Part shown: positions 39,631 to 48,081 of the stretch, one piece after another
Layout: each line of letters starts with the position of its first letter
How positions within the stretch are numbered: position 1 is the first letter of the stretch
Origin: a virus
Direction: 5' to 3' (one strand)
IMG/VR virus record: IMGVR_UViG_3300025000_000064
Location: 1 to 64,000 of that record
DNA length: 64,000 nt
The notes under the pieces: model-generated
The model's database searches: none
What the model was told of the DNA's origin: nothing
Seen by the model: the letters and a program-made list of their open reading frames with translations, nothing else
Program-made: the position numbers and the translations under genes

Positions 39631-39870
39631 TTATTTCAAATAACAATCATTTAAATAAACAATATCTATTCTTCTGGCAAGCATTTTGCATTGTATTGTA
39701 TGTATATCTTCTTTTGTTCCAGATATTGTTATTTTTGTTTCTTCGTTTGTATTGATATTATTTTCCAACATCATCATGCTTATTTCCTCATCAAAGCATG
39801 GATAATCTTGCTTGAATACTTCTAGTTCTGCTTTATTCTCAAACGCTATTTCTAAAGATGTTCTAATCAT
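39631..39870 (-). CDS. Hypothetical protein
   Basis: ORF in run. Confidence 0.6.
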   Translation of the reverse strand: MIRTSLEIAFENKAELEVFKQDYPCFDEEISMMMLENNINTNEETKITISGTKEDIHTIQCKMLARRIDIVYLNDCYLK

Positions 39871-40087
39871 GACAATCCCCTAATTATTTAAACCTAATAC
39901 ATCTGAAGCGAAAGTACCAAAATCATAATATGTATCTGTTAGTTTGTTTGATTTGCAGAAAAACATAAATGATGTAAAGTCTTTGGCTAAGCTTTTACCA
40001 ATGCAAAAGTTATCAAACCAATATCTGATGTTTTCTATTTCTTCGTTGTACGTCATAGATTCTCCTTACCTTTGCTTCCACTCTATT

Positions 40088-40119
40088 ATCTTAATCTGTA
40101 ATATATATTTTGTCAACCT
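40088..40119 (-). promoter_or_regulatory. Early-type promoter
   Basis: AGG-TTGACA-17-TAAGAT. Confidence 0.7.
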
Positions 40120-40125
40120 TTATTT

Positions 40126-40350
40126 TTATTTGTTACAATAAATTAATCTTTTCAAGTATTTATTCAATAATACCCAATCATATCCTATCTTCTCAAAGTT
40201 ATATGTTTTGCCAAATATTTTTAAAGAAGGTATTCCGTCATTATATATTAATTTCCTTCTTCCTGCAAATGGCACTGTGATATATCCACCCTGAATATAG
40301 TTACTGGATAAAACTAAATCTTTCCCTTTTATAATTTCAGATATGTGCAT
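40126..40350 (-). CDS. Hypothetical protein
   Basis: ORF in run. Confidence 0.55.
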   Translation of the reverse strand: MHISEIIKGKDLVLSSNYIQGGYITVPFAGRRKLIYNDGIPSLKIFGKTYNFEKIGYDWVLLNKYLKRLIYCNK

Positions 40351-40388
40351 TTAAATTATTCCCCTATTTAATTTGTTTTATCTTTTAG

Positions 40389-40664
40389 TTATGTATAAAA
40401 GAACCACATTGTTGCTCTAGGATTAAATCTTGCTAATTCTTCTATCTCGTAATCAGTTAAACCAATATCTTTCATATCTTCTTTAGAAGCATAATCTTTT
40501 ATATCAAAACTTCTGAGTATTTGTTGTTCTTCTTCAATTAATTTTCTTAAAAAAGTTATTTCTACTATACGACCATCTGAATGGATAACCTCAGATTGAA
40601 TTCGTGCTTTATTATCTATCTTATATATTGTATTAATTATTGTTTTAAATTTTTTAATGTCCAT
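40389..40664 (-). CDS. Hypothetical protein
   Basis: Coupled ORF. Confidence 0.6.
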   Translation of the reverse strand: MDIKKFKTIINTIYKIDNKARIQSEVIHSDGRIVEITFLRKLIEEEQQILRSFDIKDYASKEDMKDIGLTDYEIEELARFNPRATMWFFYT

Positions 40665-40959
40665 TTATAACTTCTTTCTTTTTACTTGGATAAACATTAT
40701 AAGCTGATGTTAGAACAGTAACTTTCTTGCCTGTTTGATTTGCTAAAGACTGAGCTTCTTTCAATGCAGAATCTAAGCCAGAACAGACAGGAGTTTCTTT
40801 GTGTTTAAAATTAAAATATGGTATTAGATTTAATAATTGTTCTAATTTACCTTTTTTGAGTTTTGCTTTTCTTTTTGAATCCAAATGTTTATAGTGATTA
40901 TCTTTTGGGCTTCCTGATACAATACAGATTGAATACTTTCTTTTGTCTTCTTTAATCAT
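40654..40959 (-). CDS. Hypothetical protein
   Basis: AGGAG SD. Confidence 0.6.
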   Translation of the reverse strand: MIKEDKRKYSICIVSGSPKDNHYKHLDSKRKAKLKKGKLEQLLNLIPYFNFKHKETPVCSGLDSALKEAQSLANQTGKKVTVLTSAYNVYPSKKKEVINGH

Positions 40960-40960
40960 T

Positions 40961-41146
40961 CTAATTCTCCTTATTTATTTTTTCCATATATTCATTAACT
41001 TTTCTTAATTTAATCTTGCTTTTTGCGATGTTTGCCAATGTTGACAATATCTTTATTTTTTTGCCTTCCAATTCTTCTATATTATTCTTTGCTTCCGTTG
41101 TTAGCCTAAACATCTTTCTTTCTGTTTTTATTTCTTTTTTAATCAT
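40961..41146 (-). CDS. Hypothetical basic protein
   Basis: AGGAG SD. Confidence 0.6.
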   Translation of the reverse strand: MIKKEIKTERKMFRLTTEAKNNIEELEGKKIKILSTLANIAKSKIKLRKVNEYMEKINKEN

Positions 41147-41156
41147 TTATTTCTCC

Positions 41157-41450
41157 TTATATAAACAGTTCGCTCCATTCATAATCTAACTCTACAATGT
41201 TTTTTAAAGCTATATCATTATATCTTTTATTATAGTTTAAATTATTTAATCTCAAACAAAATAAAAAATAAAACAATTGAGATATTGCACTATGCTCTTT
41301 TATGCTGAATTTTACCATTAGAAACTTAACGGCATTATAGAATATATCTAAATTAAAACAATGCCTTACTCCTGTTCCTGAGATAACATATCCTGTTTTA
41401 CTATTTAATTTGTTTGTAACTAATTTTCTCGCAAAATTATAGCCTTTCAT
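41157..41450 (-). CDS. Hypothetical protein
   Basis: AGGAG SD. Confidence 0.6.
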   Translation of the reverse strand: MKGYNFARKLVTNKLNSKTGYVISGTGVRHCFNLDIFYNAVKFLMVKFSIKEHSAISQLFYFLFCLRLNNLNYNKRYNDIALKNIVELDYEWSELFI

Positions 41451-41463
41451 ATTTTCTCCTTTG

Positions 41464-42123
41464 TTAATTGCCTTCTAACTGTGAATTATTTGTTCTGTAA
41501 ATAGCATCTTTTTTTATTTTATCCAAAAAAACGTATTGTTCAGCGGTCATATTGTCATGATAAAAAATAGTATTATTCTGTACTTTAACCCATATTTTTT
41601 CTAAATCGCATTCCTTTTGTTTTAAAATATGTTCCACTAAACTTCTATGACTGCCAGAACCAACACCAATAATAGAGCCATCTGGTAGCAACCAAAAATT
41701 ATTATAGTTTTTGTAAATTTCCATATCATAAAAGAAATAAACCAACGCTCTTGTTTCTTTTGCTTTTATTTTGTTAAATAAAATATCAAATGCTTGGTTA
41801 TATCTTCCCACTTTTTCTGTTAAGTGAGATAGTATAAAATGATACAAATATTTTCCATCTTTGCAGGAATTTTCGTCAATAGGAACACAGGCAAAAGTCC
41901 AATCATATTTTTCTAGATTTAATTGTTTTGCTTTGTCGGCAATAAGCCTTTCTGCTTGGTCTATAAAGCTAGCATGGTTGCCTTTTCTCCAATTAAATTC
42001 TGGCAAGCAAATCAGCTCTTCGTACTCAATTCCAGAATGGAGATATATTAATTTTAAACAATTTCTACTGTCTGTATCTTTGTTCATTTTCTTTCCTACG
42101 AATGTCTTAATTTTATTACTCAA
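41464..42123 (-). CDS. Hypothetical protein
   Basis: 219 aa; FWLLPDG.I.....H motif. Confidence 0.7.
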   Translation of the reverse strand: MSNKIKTFVGKKMNKDTDSRNCLKLIYLHSGIEYEELICLPEFNWRKGNHASFIDQAERLIADKAKQLNLEKYDWTFACVPIDENSCKDGKYLYHFILSHLTEKVGRYNQAFDILFNKIKAKETRALVYFFYDMEIYKNYNNFWLLPDGSIIGVGSGSHRSLVEHILKQKECDLEKIWVKVQNNTIFYHDNMTAEQYVFLDKIKKDAIYRTNNSQLEGN

Positions 42124-42147
42124 CGATATTGCTTTATCATGATTATC

Positions 42148-42179
42148 ATCTTAAACCATAACAAAATAAATGTCAACCT
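42148..42179 (-). promoter_or_regulatory. Early-type promoter
   Basis: AGG-TTGACA-17-TAAGAT. Confidence 0.7.
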
Positions 42180-42206
42180 ATTTCATAAAATAAAATAATA
42201 CTTAAT

Positions 42207-42229
42207 AAAAATAGTGCATTTCTGCACTA
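42207..42229 (-). terminator. Rho-independent terminator closing the MII operon
   Basis: TAGTGCA-GAAA-TGCACTA followed by T5. Confidence 0.75.
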
Positions 42230-42255
42230 ATTAAAATATCTACATAAATAAGGGA

Positions 42256-42594
42256 TTATAACGAACTTACACGCACATTGTTTATTGTTAAACTTACCAT
42301 TGCTGGCAAAATATTTCTTAATCGTTTATGTAAAAAGAATAATTCTACATTTGATATATTGTCTAAATAAAGTTTTAAATAATGATTATTTATGACAATA
42401 CCAATATTGTCATATCCAATTCTATATAGGATATCTCTTAAATTTTGCTCTGAGGATATACAATACATACCAGAGGTATAAGAATCATTCAAGATATTAT
42501 TTAATCTATCAAGATTTATTTCTTCAAATTGAAAATCACGAAATCCTCGTTCTATTATTCTCGTATTTTTAAAATCAATATCTTTAATAATCAT
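42256..42594 (-). CDS. MII-family small protein (MIIKDIDF, 112 aa)
   Basis: Starts inside the YDY-stop of the upstream gene (ATGATTATTAA overlap). Confidence 0.7.
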   Translation of the reverse strand: MIIKDIDFKNTRIIERGFRDFQFEEINLDRLNNILNDSYTSGMYCISSEQNLRDILYRIGYDNIGIVINNHYLKLYLDNISNVELFFLHKRLRNILPAMVSLTINNVRVSSL

Positions 42595-42781
42595 AAAAAT
42601 TCTCTATCTTTAATTTAGTTTGAGCCTCTATCCAATGTTTAAATCTTGAAAAACACTGTTTTTTATAACAATATGTCATGAGTGGCTTTAAAGATGAAAA
42701 TTCCTGCAAATTTATCAACCCTATCATTCTTTCTATTGATATAGGCTTGTTATAATCACACATAATTGTTTTGATAATCAT
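42584..42781 (-). CDS. MII-family small protein (MIIKTIMC, 65 aa)
   Basis: TAATG overlap with the HNH gene. Confidence 0.7.
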   Translation of the reverse strand: MIIKTIMCDYNKPISIERMIGLINLQEFSSLKPLMTYCYKKQCFSRFKHWIEAQTKLKIENFYDY

Positions 42782-43620
42782 TATGCAACCTTGTTTAATT
42801 TACTATCAACTTTATCTTTTATCCATTGTGGAATATCTGATTGATTGATATCTTTTACCAAATAAGAATTAGGGAAAATATATTTTAAGGCATATTTTGC
42901 TATTGCAATAGCCTCATTCCTGTCTTTATAAAATCCAAAATCTATATTTTTCTTATTTTTTATAAAACTTATTCTATATCCCCATTTAGTTTCAATAACT
43001 CCTCGAAACAAACCATTAAATTTAGTTATATTTTGATTATTTTCTACCATTGTACATATTCTCAAATTTTCACGTCTATTATCTAATGGGTTTCCGTTTA
43101 TATGGTCAACAACCATGCCTTTTGGACAATTCATTATAAATCTATGTAGGGATATAGAATCTTTCTTGGTAATCATTACATAATTATTTTTTTTAACATA
43201 CCATCTGTTTCTAATTACCCTTCCTAAGTCTTCTAAAGAAATTAGAAATTCTTTTGTTTCTGCGTTGTCTTTATGTACATAAATAATTACATAATTATTA
43301 CATATTTTATAATTATTGTTTGTATTTAGTTTGTATTTTCTTAAATTATGCAATTTTCTTCTGTTGTCCACACATGAAACTTTACATCCAATAAGTTTCG
43401 CAAGTTCTTTATCGGGCAAGCTTGCATTGTTTTTTAATATTTCTGTGTGTTCATTCGTCCAGATAAAAAAATTACTTTTGCGCAATTTTAATTTTTTGGC
43501 TTTTGCCGAAATAGATTTTTTAGACCTGTTTGGCAGCAACATTAAGAGATTATCAATGTCCAGTTTTGAATAATTATCTTTTAGCAATTTTTCTTCTTTT
43601 TCTGTCCACAATTCTGCCAT
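42781..43620 (-). CDS. HNH endonuclease with N-terminal Myb-like repeats and AP2-like C-terminus
   Basis: WTEKEEKLLKDNY / WTNEHTEILKNN; LHRFIM....VDHINGNPLDNRRENLR; FRGV...GFY....EA. Confidence 0.85.
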   Translation of the reverse strand: MAELWTEKEEKLLKDNYSKLDIDNLLMLLPNRSKKSISAKAKKLKLRKSNFFIWTNEHTEILKNNASLPDKELAKLIGCKVSCVDNRRKLHNLRKYKLNTNNNYKICNNYVIIYVHKDNAETKEFLISLEDLGRVIRNRWYVKKNNYVMITKKDSISLHRFIMNCPKGMVVDHINGNPLDNRRENLRICTMVENNQNITKFNGLFRGVIETKWGYRISFIKNKKNIDFGFYKDRNEAIAIAKYALKYIFPNSYLVKDINQSDIPQWIKDKVDSKLNKVA

Positions 43621-44177
43621 TAGTCAATCTGCTTCCTAATATATCCACTAATATCGACACTGTTTTGTTGTCTCACTTCATAGAAACCTCTGCATAGCAC
43701 TCTCTGACCATGTTCTTGGTGGGCTAAGAACGTACCCTCGCCTAGTTCTATATACATATTTCCAACTGTTGTGCTTTTCATCCAATCAGAAACAGGCAAT
43801 CCCATTTTTGAATAAGCTTCGTGTTGGTTTATGCCTTTTGATTCATAAATTTTAAATGCGCTATTGGCACTTACTAACCTGTGAGTATTCCCATTTAAAG
43901 TGGACTGGGTGAGAATATCTGTATTGGATATTTTTAATTCTAAATCAAATTTTTTAGGGTCAACGAAATGCCTTGAAGAATTTCTTAAAATCAAACAATC
44001 TCCCTGTCTTGCAATTGGAGTCTTTTCATTAATGGTAATATCTGACCAGTCTTCTTTATTTCTTCCTAATAAGTCGCATATGTCTTGAACTGTCCAGTCT
44101 TCTGTAACTGGGGCTATTTTTTGAATGTTTTCTGTTGATAGCTCAATGGCTTCTCTTGTTAAAATTTTTGTTTCCAT
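43620..44177 (-). CDS. RQGD...H...HxEH family protein
   Basis: ARQGDCLI, GNTHRL, LAHQEHG...L..G.YEVRQQ. Confidence 0.65.
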   Translation of the reverse strand: METKILTREAIELSTENIQKIAPVTEDWTVQDICDLLGRNKEDWSDITINEKTPIARQGDCLILRNSSRHFVDPKKFDLELKISNTDILTQSTLNGNTHRLVSANSAFKIYESKGINQHEAYSKMGLPVSDWMKSTTVGNMYIELGEGTFLAHQEHGQRVLCRGFYEVRQQNSVDISGYIRKQID

Positions 44178-44207
44178 TTTGTTCTCTCTTTCTTTTGTTT
44201 GTAAATT

Positions 44208-44363
44208 CTAATTAAATACTAAATATTTTGTTCTTATCAATTCTTTTATTGTTCTTTCAAACCTACCATTAATTAAACTTTGAGTCGCACAAAATCCTCT
44301 GTTTTTATACCATCCAAAATCCACATTATTGACTTTGATTATTTTAACTTCTTTTATTATCAT
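44208..44363 (-). CDS. MII-family small protein (MIIKEVKI, 51 aa)
   Basis: Hand-translated, not in track. Confidence 0.5.
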   Translation of the reverse strand: MIIKEVKIIKVNNVDFGWYKNRGFCATQSLINGRFERTIKELIRTKYLVFN

Positions 44364-44366
44364 AAT

Positions 44367-44414
44367 CTAATATCTGTCCTTTGTCAATCTGTTGAACATT
44401 TGCTTAATAATCAT
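44367..44414 (-). pseudogene. MII-family 15 aa fragment (MIIKQMFNRLTKDRY)
   Basis: Overlaps upstream YDY-stop; ends TAG, in frame with the next MII ORF. Confidence 0.4.
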
Positions 44415-44616
44415 AACTTCTACCAAAAATATTATAGCTATCATATAGCCTCGTACATCTTTCTCCAATTTGCAAGCCTATATTTTTCATTGGAACAGAA
44501 ATACGATAATGCTCATTGTCAAATATCTTTATTAATGTTTCTTCCAAAGTCACTTCCGTGAACATATTTATCTCAAATGTTCCAGTGTCTATGATTCTGA
44601 AAGTCTTAATTATCAT
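44404..44616 (-). CDS. MII-family small protein (MIIKTFRI, 70 aa)
   Basis: ORF track; coupled at both ends. Confidence 0.7.
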   Translation of the reverse strand: MIIKTFRIIDTGTFEINMFTEVTLEETLIKIFDNEHYRISVPMKNIGLQIGERCTRLYDSYNIFGRSYDY

Positions 44617-44779
44617 AGTATCTCCACCTTAATCGATATAAGGAAGAGGCATAATCCTTATAATCTAAAGGGTCTGTTATAAGAAACTCTGGGTAAATAT
44701 ATTTTTCATGATACTTATATCCCATAGTTAAGAAATAATTTTCTTTTAATTTACTCTTTGTGGCTTTTATTATTATCAT
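44606..44779 (-). CDS. MII-family small protein (MIIIKATK, 57 aa)
   Basis: Hand-translated; KYIYPEFLI; ends YYDN-stop over the next ATG. Confidence 0.7.
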   Translation of the reverse strand: MIIIKATKSKLKENYFLTMGYKYHEKYIYPEFLITDPLDYKDYASSLYRLRWRYYDN

Positions 44780-44931
44780 TGCAATCTATACTCATAACAT
44801 GCCCACATACAACATTTTTTATCATTAAACGTAAATGATTTATTCTTAACAAAGCCTCTACATATATGCCAAACTAATCCATTGCATGGAACATATAATA
44901 TTTCAAAATCCTTTATTGCTTTAATTATCAT
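44776..44931 (-). CDS. MII-family small protein (MIIKAIKD, 51 aa, Cys/Trp-rich)
   Basis: Hand-translated; AAGGAG SD; ATGA overlap. Confidence 0.7.
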   Translation of the reverse strand: MIIKAIKDFEILYVPCNGLVWHICRGFVKNKSFTFNDKKCCMWACYEYRLQ

Positions 44932-44956
44932 TTATTATTTCTCCTTATGCAGTTTG

Positions 44957-45106
44957 CTAAAAATCGCAATGATTCCAGAACCTATTAGTATAACGCTCTT
45001 TAGTATATTCGTTATATTCAGGATACATAAATAAATACACAGTATCTGTCAACAAATAATCTCCATCATCAAATATAGGAATACGGATTGCGTTCTTAAT
45101 TATCAT
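44957..45106 (-). CDS. MII-family small protein (MIIKNAIR, 49 aa)
   Basis: GGAGG SD before ATG at 45106; LFMYPEY. Confidence 0.7.
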   Translation of the reverse strand: MIIKNAIRIPIFDDGDYLLTDTVYLFMYPEYNEYTKERYTNRFWNHCDF

Positions 45107-45407
45107 ATAAATATTCCTCCAAGCTATTATTCCATGAGCCATAATTGGGTTCTCTACTACTTGTATAATAATTCTTAATCATAACCTCTTTGCATGACTT
45201 TGAATATTTTACCAAAAACTCTGGGTATAAATGCTTATTATATACAGCTTGATATGATTTAAATACTTCTTTATTTATATCTAAATAATACAAATTATTA
45301 TTGTCATTTTTATTATAAAATTTATAACATGGTATTCTATAAAAATATTTTCTGAGTCTCCCAGATTGACTTGCAAAGTTTTTACTGTAAGCATCTTTTA
45401 TTATCAT
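45096..45407 (-). CDS. MII-family small protein (MIIKDAYS, 103 aa)
   Basis: ATGA overlap at 45404-45407; KHLYPEFLV. Confidence 0.7.
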   Translation of the reverse strand: MIIKDAYSKNFASQSGRLRKYFYRIPCYKFYNKNDNNNLYYLDINKEVFKSYQAVYNKHLYPEFLVKYSKSCKEVMIKNYYTSSREPNYGSWNNSLEEYLYDN

Positions 45408-45577
45408 ACTGCAACCCATTCTATCAAATAACCATTTTCATTCTTGCTTCTTTTGGCTCGTTTAACATCTCCGCTAATAAATGGATAACAGACAATTCCT
45501 TTATCAAATGTTCTGTTCCAGATAAAAATTTCTACTTCATAATATTTTTTGTTAATTCTGATTTCTCTAATTATCAT
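45404..45577 (-). CDS. MII-family small protein (MIIREIRI, 57 aa)
   Basis: Hand-translated; AGGA SD; IVCYPF. Confidence 0.7.
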   Translation of the reverse strand: MIIREIRINKKYYEVEIFIWNRTFDKGIVCYPFISGDVKRAKRSKNENGYLIEWVAV

Positions 45578-45584
45578 AATAAAA

Positions 45585-45755
45585 TCATCCTATTAATTTC
45601 CAGTTAAAGTCAGTTGTATTCATTTGAGGTTTTCCATATGCTATTAAGCCAGTATTGTGATGATAATAACAATCCTCTATATAATTCAAAAGGGTTCTGC
45701 TATTGTAAAATGGCTTGTCTATTCCTGTTATTATCCTAAATTGTTTAATAATCAC
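45585..45755 (-). CDS. MII-family small protein (GTG start, IIKQFRI, 56 aa)
   Basis: Hand-translated; GTGA overlap. Confidence 0.65.
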   Translation of the reverse strand: MIIKQFRIITGIDKPFYNSRTLLNYIEDCYYHHNTGLIAYGKPQMNTTDFNWKLIG

Positions 45756-45928
45756 AATATATCACTCAATTTTAATCCGTATAAATAATAGTATTTTTCG
45801 ATATATTCATCTAAGTCGTTGTATTGGGCTGGATAATATATCTTAAACCAATAATCTTTAAACATAGAGCATAATTGACCATGTTTATTTGTTGCAGATT
45901 TTATTAATTTTATTGTTTTGATAATCAT
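45752..45928 (-). CDS. MII-family small protein (MIIKTIKL, 58 aa)
   Basis: Hand-translated; TAATG overlap; KIYYPAQY. Confidence 0.7.
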   Translation of the reverse strand: MIIKTIKLIKSATNKHGQLCSMFKDYWFKIYYPAQYNDLDEYIEKYYYLYGLKLSDIL

Positions 45929-46086
45929 TATATCTCTTTTCTGAAGCTATAAAATGCGTTTGTATTATACCCAATCAAAGCTCTCTTACAAATAATAAAC
46001 TCTGGATATATTTTTATTCTATCTTGGCTATTTGTATGCAATATAAAAACTTCATGGTAATGCTTATAGGCATCCAATATAATCAT
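45928..46086 (-). CDS. MII-family small protein (MIILDAYK, 52 aa)
   Basis: Hand-translated; ATGA overlap; IKIYPEFII. Confidence 0.7.
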   Translation of the reverse strand: MIILDAYKHYHEVFILHTNSQDRIKIYPEFIICKRALIGYNTNAFYSFRKEI

Positions 46087-46235
46087 AGTAATTCCTTTAT
46101 CATATCATCAAATATGAAATCCTCCTTTGATAAATATTCATAAAAGCATGCATCAAATTCTTTTAAAAATATTCTATTTGATATATAGTTTCTCTGAAAA
46201 TATTTTCTTAAAAATGATTTATCTATTATTATCAT
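46083..46235 (-). CDS. MII-family small protein (MIIIDKSF, 50 aa)
   Basis: Hand-translated; 3 nt after the upstream stop. Confidence 0.65.
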   Translation of the reverse strand: MIIIDKSFLRKYFQRNYISNRIFLKEFDACFYEYLSKEDFIFDDMIKELL

Positions 46236-46238
46236 TAT

Positions 46239-46514
46239 TTATCCATCTCTTCTAAAATTAAACTTGGACTCAATTAGATATTTTATTTTAAAGATATCTT
46301 TAATGTTTAAGCTTTTTATTGCTTTGTTTAACTCTAAATACAACTTCTTCCTTATATCACATTCTGGAATTAATGTTAGTTGCTTACAGTGGCTCTTATA
46401 TTCAATTCCACCTATCTCTGGGCAAAATTTGTTCCCAAAATAGTCTGTTTCAAATCTTAAGAATGCATCATCTGGCAAGTCTTTTATTAATTCTCTAAAT
46501 TCTTTTAAATACAT
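46239..46514 (-). CDS. Hypothetical protein
   Basis: MYLKEFRELIKDLPDDA, common phage N-terminus. Confidence 0.65.
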   Translation of the reverse strand: MYLKEFRELIKDLPDDAFLRFETDYFGNKFCPEIGGIEYKSHCKQLTLIPECDIRKKLYLELNKAIKSLNIKDIFKIKYLIESKFNFRRDG

Positions 46515-46674
46515 TGCTTTCCTTCCATTTGCTATTTTTAAAAAAATAAGCCATATCGAATTTATGATAATCTTCTGCCATCTTTACAATATCATCCTTG
46601 TCGGAAATATCACTAAATAATGCAGAAATTAATAAATAGTTAAATTTATAAGATATAACTCTTCTTAATATCAT
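46495..46674 (-). CDS. MII-like small protein (MILRRVIS, 59 aa)
   Basis: Hand-translated; ATGA overlap with the upstream gene. Confidence 0.55.
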   Translation of the reverse strand: MILRRVISYKFNYLLISALFSDISDKDDIVKMAEDYHKFDMAYFFKNSKWKESNVFKRI

Positions 46675-47336
46675 ATCTGAAAAGCAATTCCTTCTTCTGC
46701 AAAATCAATACCAGCATTCATGCAACACAGATGCTCTTTGACTGTATTAAATGTTGAAGGTTGAATATAATGTCTATTAGATGTCGGACACCAGTATTCT
46801 ATAAAAGATATGCCCCTTATTGCATTATCTCTTCTGCTGAATCCGTTTCTGTTATCAAACAATGAATCATCTTTTAATCTATATAAATTATATAAAGAAC
46901 CTTTAACTTCGCAAGAATCTATTTTGTTGAATAAATCAGGACTCATAATTTTTGCTAAATCAACTCTTTCCATAAACCATGCAATCAAATCTGCATTTGT
47001 TATTGATAGAATATCTTGAATTGTGATATTCTTTAAATCAACAAGTTTTTCTTCTATTGGCGTGAATGGAGATGATGTTTCAAACACTGCTTGCTCAACA
47101 TAATTAAAACTTGATTCGTCTTTGGCATGTGTTTTAATTTCACCTTTTGGCACTTCTGTTAATACAAAGAATTGGTATTTGTCTTCAACGATATCATAGC
47201 AACACATGAAGTCCAAGCCAATATCTCTCAGGTCATGTGTGATGATTCTTTTGTTGACGTTAATCTCTGAATTGAAATAGTTCAATGATTGTTCTTTAAC
47301 AAAACTCTTGATTTCTTTTAAGTCTTTTGCTGTCAT
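46671..47336 (-). CDS. DUF6745-like protein
   Basis: I.DIL.I.NA......., YNLYRL, Y.CPTS.R.Y motifs recalled for this family. Confidence 0.55.
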   Translation of the reverse strand: MTAKDLKEIKSFVKEQSLNYFNSEINVNKRIITHDLRDIGLDFMCCYDIVEDKYQFFVLTEVPKGEIKTHAKDESSFNYVEQAVFETSSPFTPIEEKLVDLKNITIQDILSITNADLIAWFMERVDLAKIMSPDLFNKIDSCEVKGSLYNLYRLKDDSLFDNRNGFSRRDNAIRGISFIEYWCPTSNRHYIQPSTFNTVKEHLCCMNAGIDFAEEGIAFQI

Positions 47337-47351
47337 TGTTTTCTCCTTTTT

Positions 47352-47609
47352 CTATTTACTGTATACTTTTACTGGTAACCCTTTATTATATATAAATCTG
47401 TATAATTCTGCAACGTATGTTTTTGCCCATTTTGATTTTTCTAAATTGTATGTATTCAGTTTGGCAATTATTAAATCTTCTGGTATATATCTCATCAAGA
47501 AAGAGCCTAAATTATACATTCTGAATCTTCTACTTTCTATATTGTTAGAAATATAGGCAATATCATGAGATGGAGCGAAAGCATATATTTTATTTTTCAT
47601 GATTATCAT
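47352..47609 (-). CDS. MII-family small protein (MIIMKNKI, 85 aa)
   Basis: ORF track; RYIPED. Confidence 0.65.
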   Translation of the reverse strand: MIIMKNKIYAFAPSHDIAYISNNIESRRFRMYNLGSFLMRYIPEDLIIAKLNTYNLEKSKWAKTYVAELYRFIYNKGLPVKVYSK

Positions 47610-47790
47610 TATATCATACCATTATATTTATCTGCAATATGTTCATTAAAATATTCACGTCCATGCCTTAGAGAGGCTTTCATATATCCAGCCACCCATA
47701 TCTTAAGCCTTCTGGATAAAGGACAAACTCATTATTTGCATAATTATAAACAATGGCATTTCTTATATATTTGTCTCTCAATATTATCAT
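47609..47790 (-). pseudogene. Split MII-family gene: 36 aa MIILRDKY (47680-47790) plus 24 aa MKASLRHG (47609-47683)
   Basis: Hand-translated; FVLYPEG in first part; parts overlap by ATGA and sum to about one member length. Confidence 0.45.
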
Positions 47791-47800
47791 ACATTTATTC

Positions 47801-48016
47801 CTATGTCTTTTTTAAAATATTTACATTTTCATAAGGGACTTTTAGTTTATCTTCAAATTGTTTTCTTAATTTAGCATGAAGATTATAAGAATTATAATAT
47901 TCTATCGCCCCTAATAAACAGTATTCTGGAAGAACATATTCTAAAACACATGAGTTTATGAATTGCACTTTAAGGTTTTTGTTAGGAGATTTATCTAAGA
48001 AATTTACTATTATCAT
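47801..48016 (-). CDS. MII-family small protein (MIIVNFLD, 71 aa)
   Basis: ORF track; YVLPEY. Confidence 0.65.
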   Translation of the reverse strand: MIIVNFLDKSPNKNLKVQFINSCVLEYVLPEYCLLGAIEYYNSYNLHAKLRKQFEDKLKVPYENVNILKKT

Positions 48017-48081
48017 TCTTCCCTTTCTAAAAATTTTTTATTTGGTAACAATATACTTGCGCATTTTTGAGGTATTCCTAA

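Noticed and set aside
44208-46235. Integron-like cassettes with attC sites
   Set aside because: Almost no intergenic DNA and no inverted repeats between ORFs; no integrase seen
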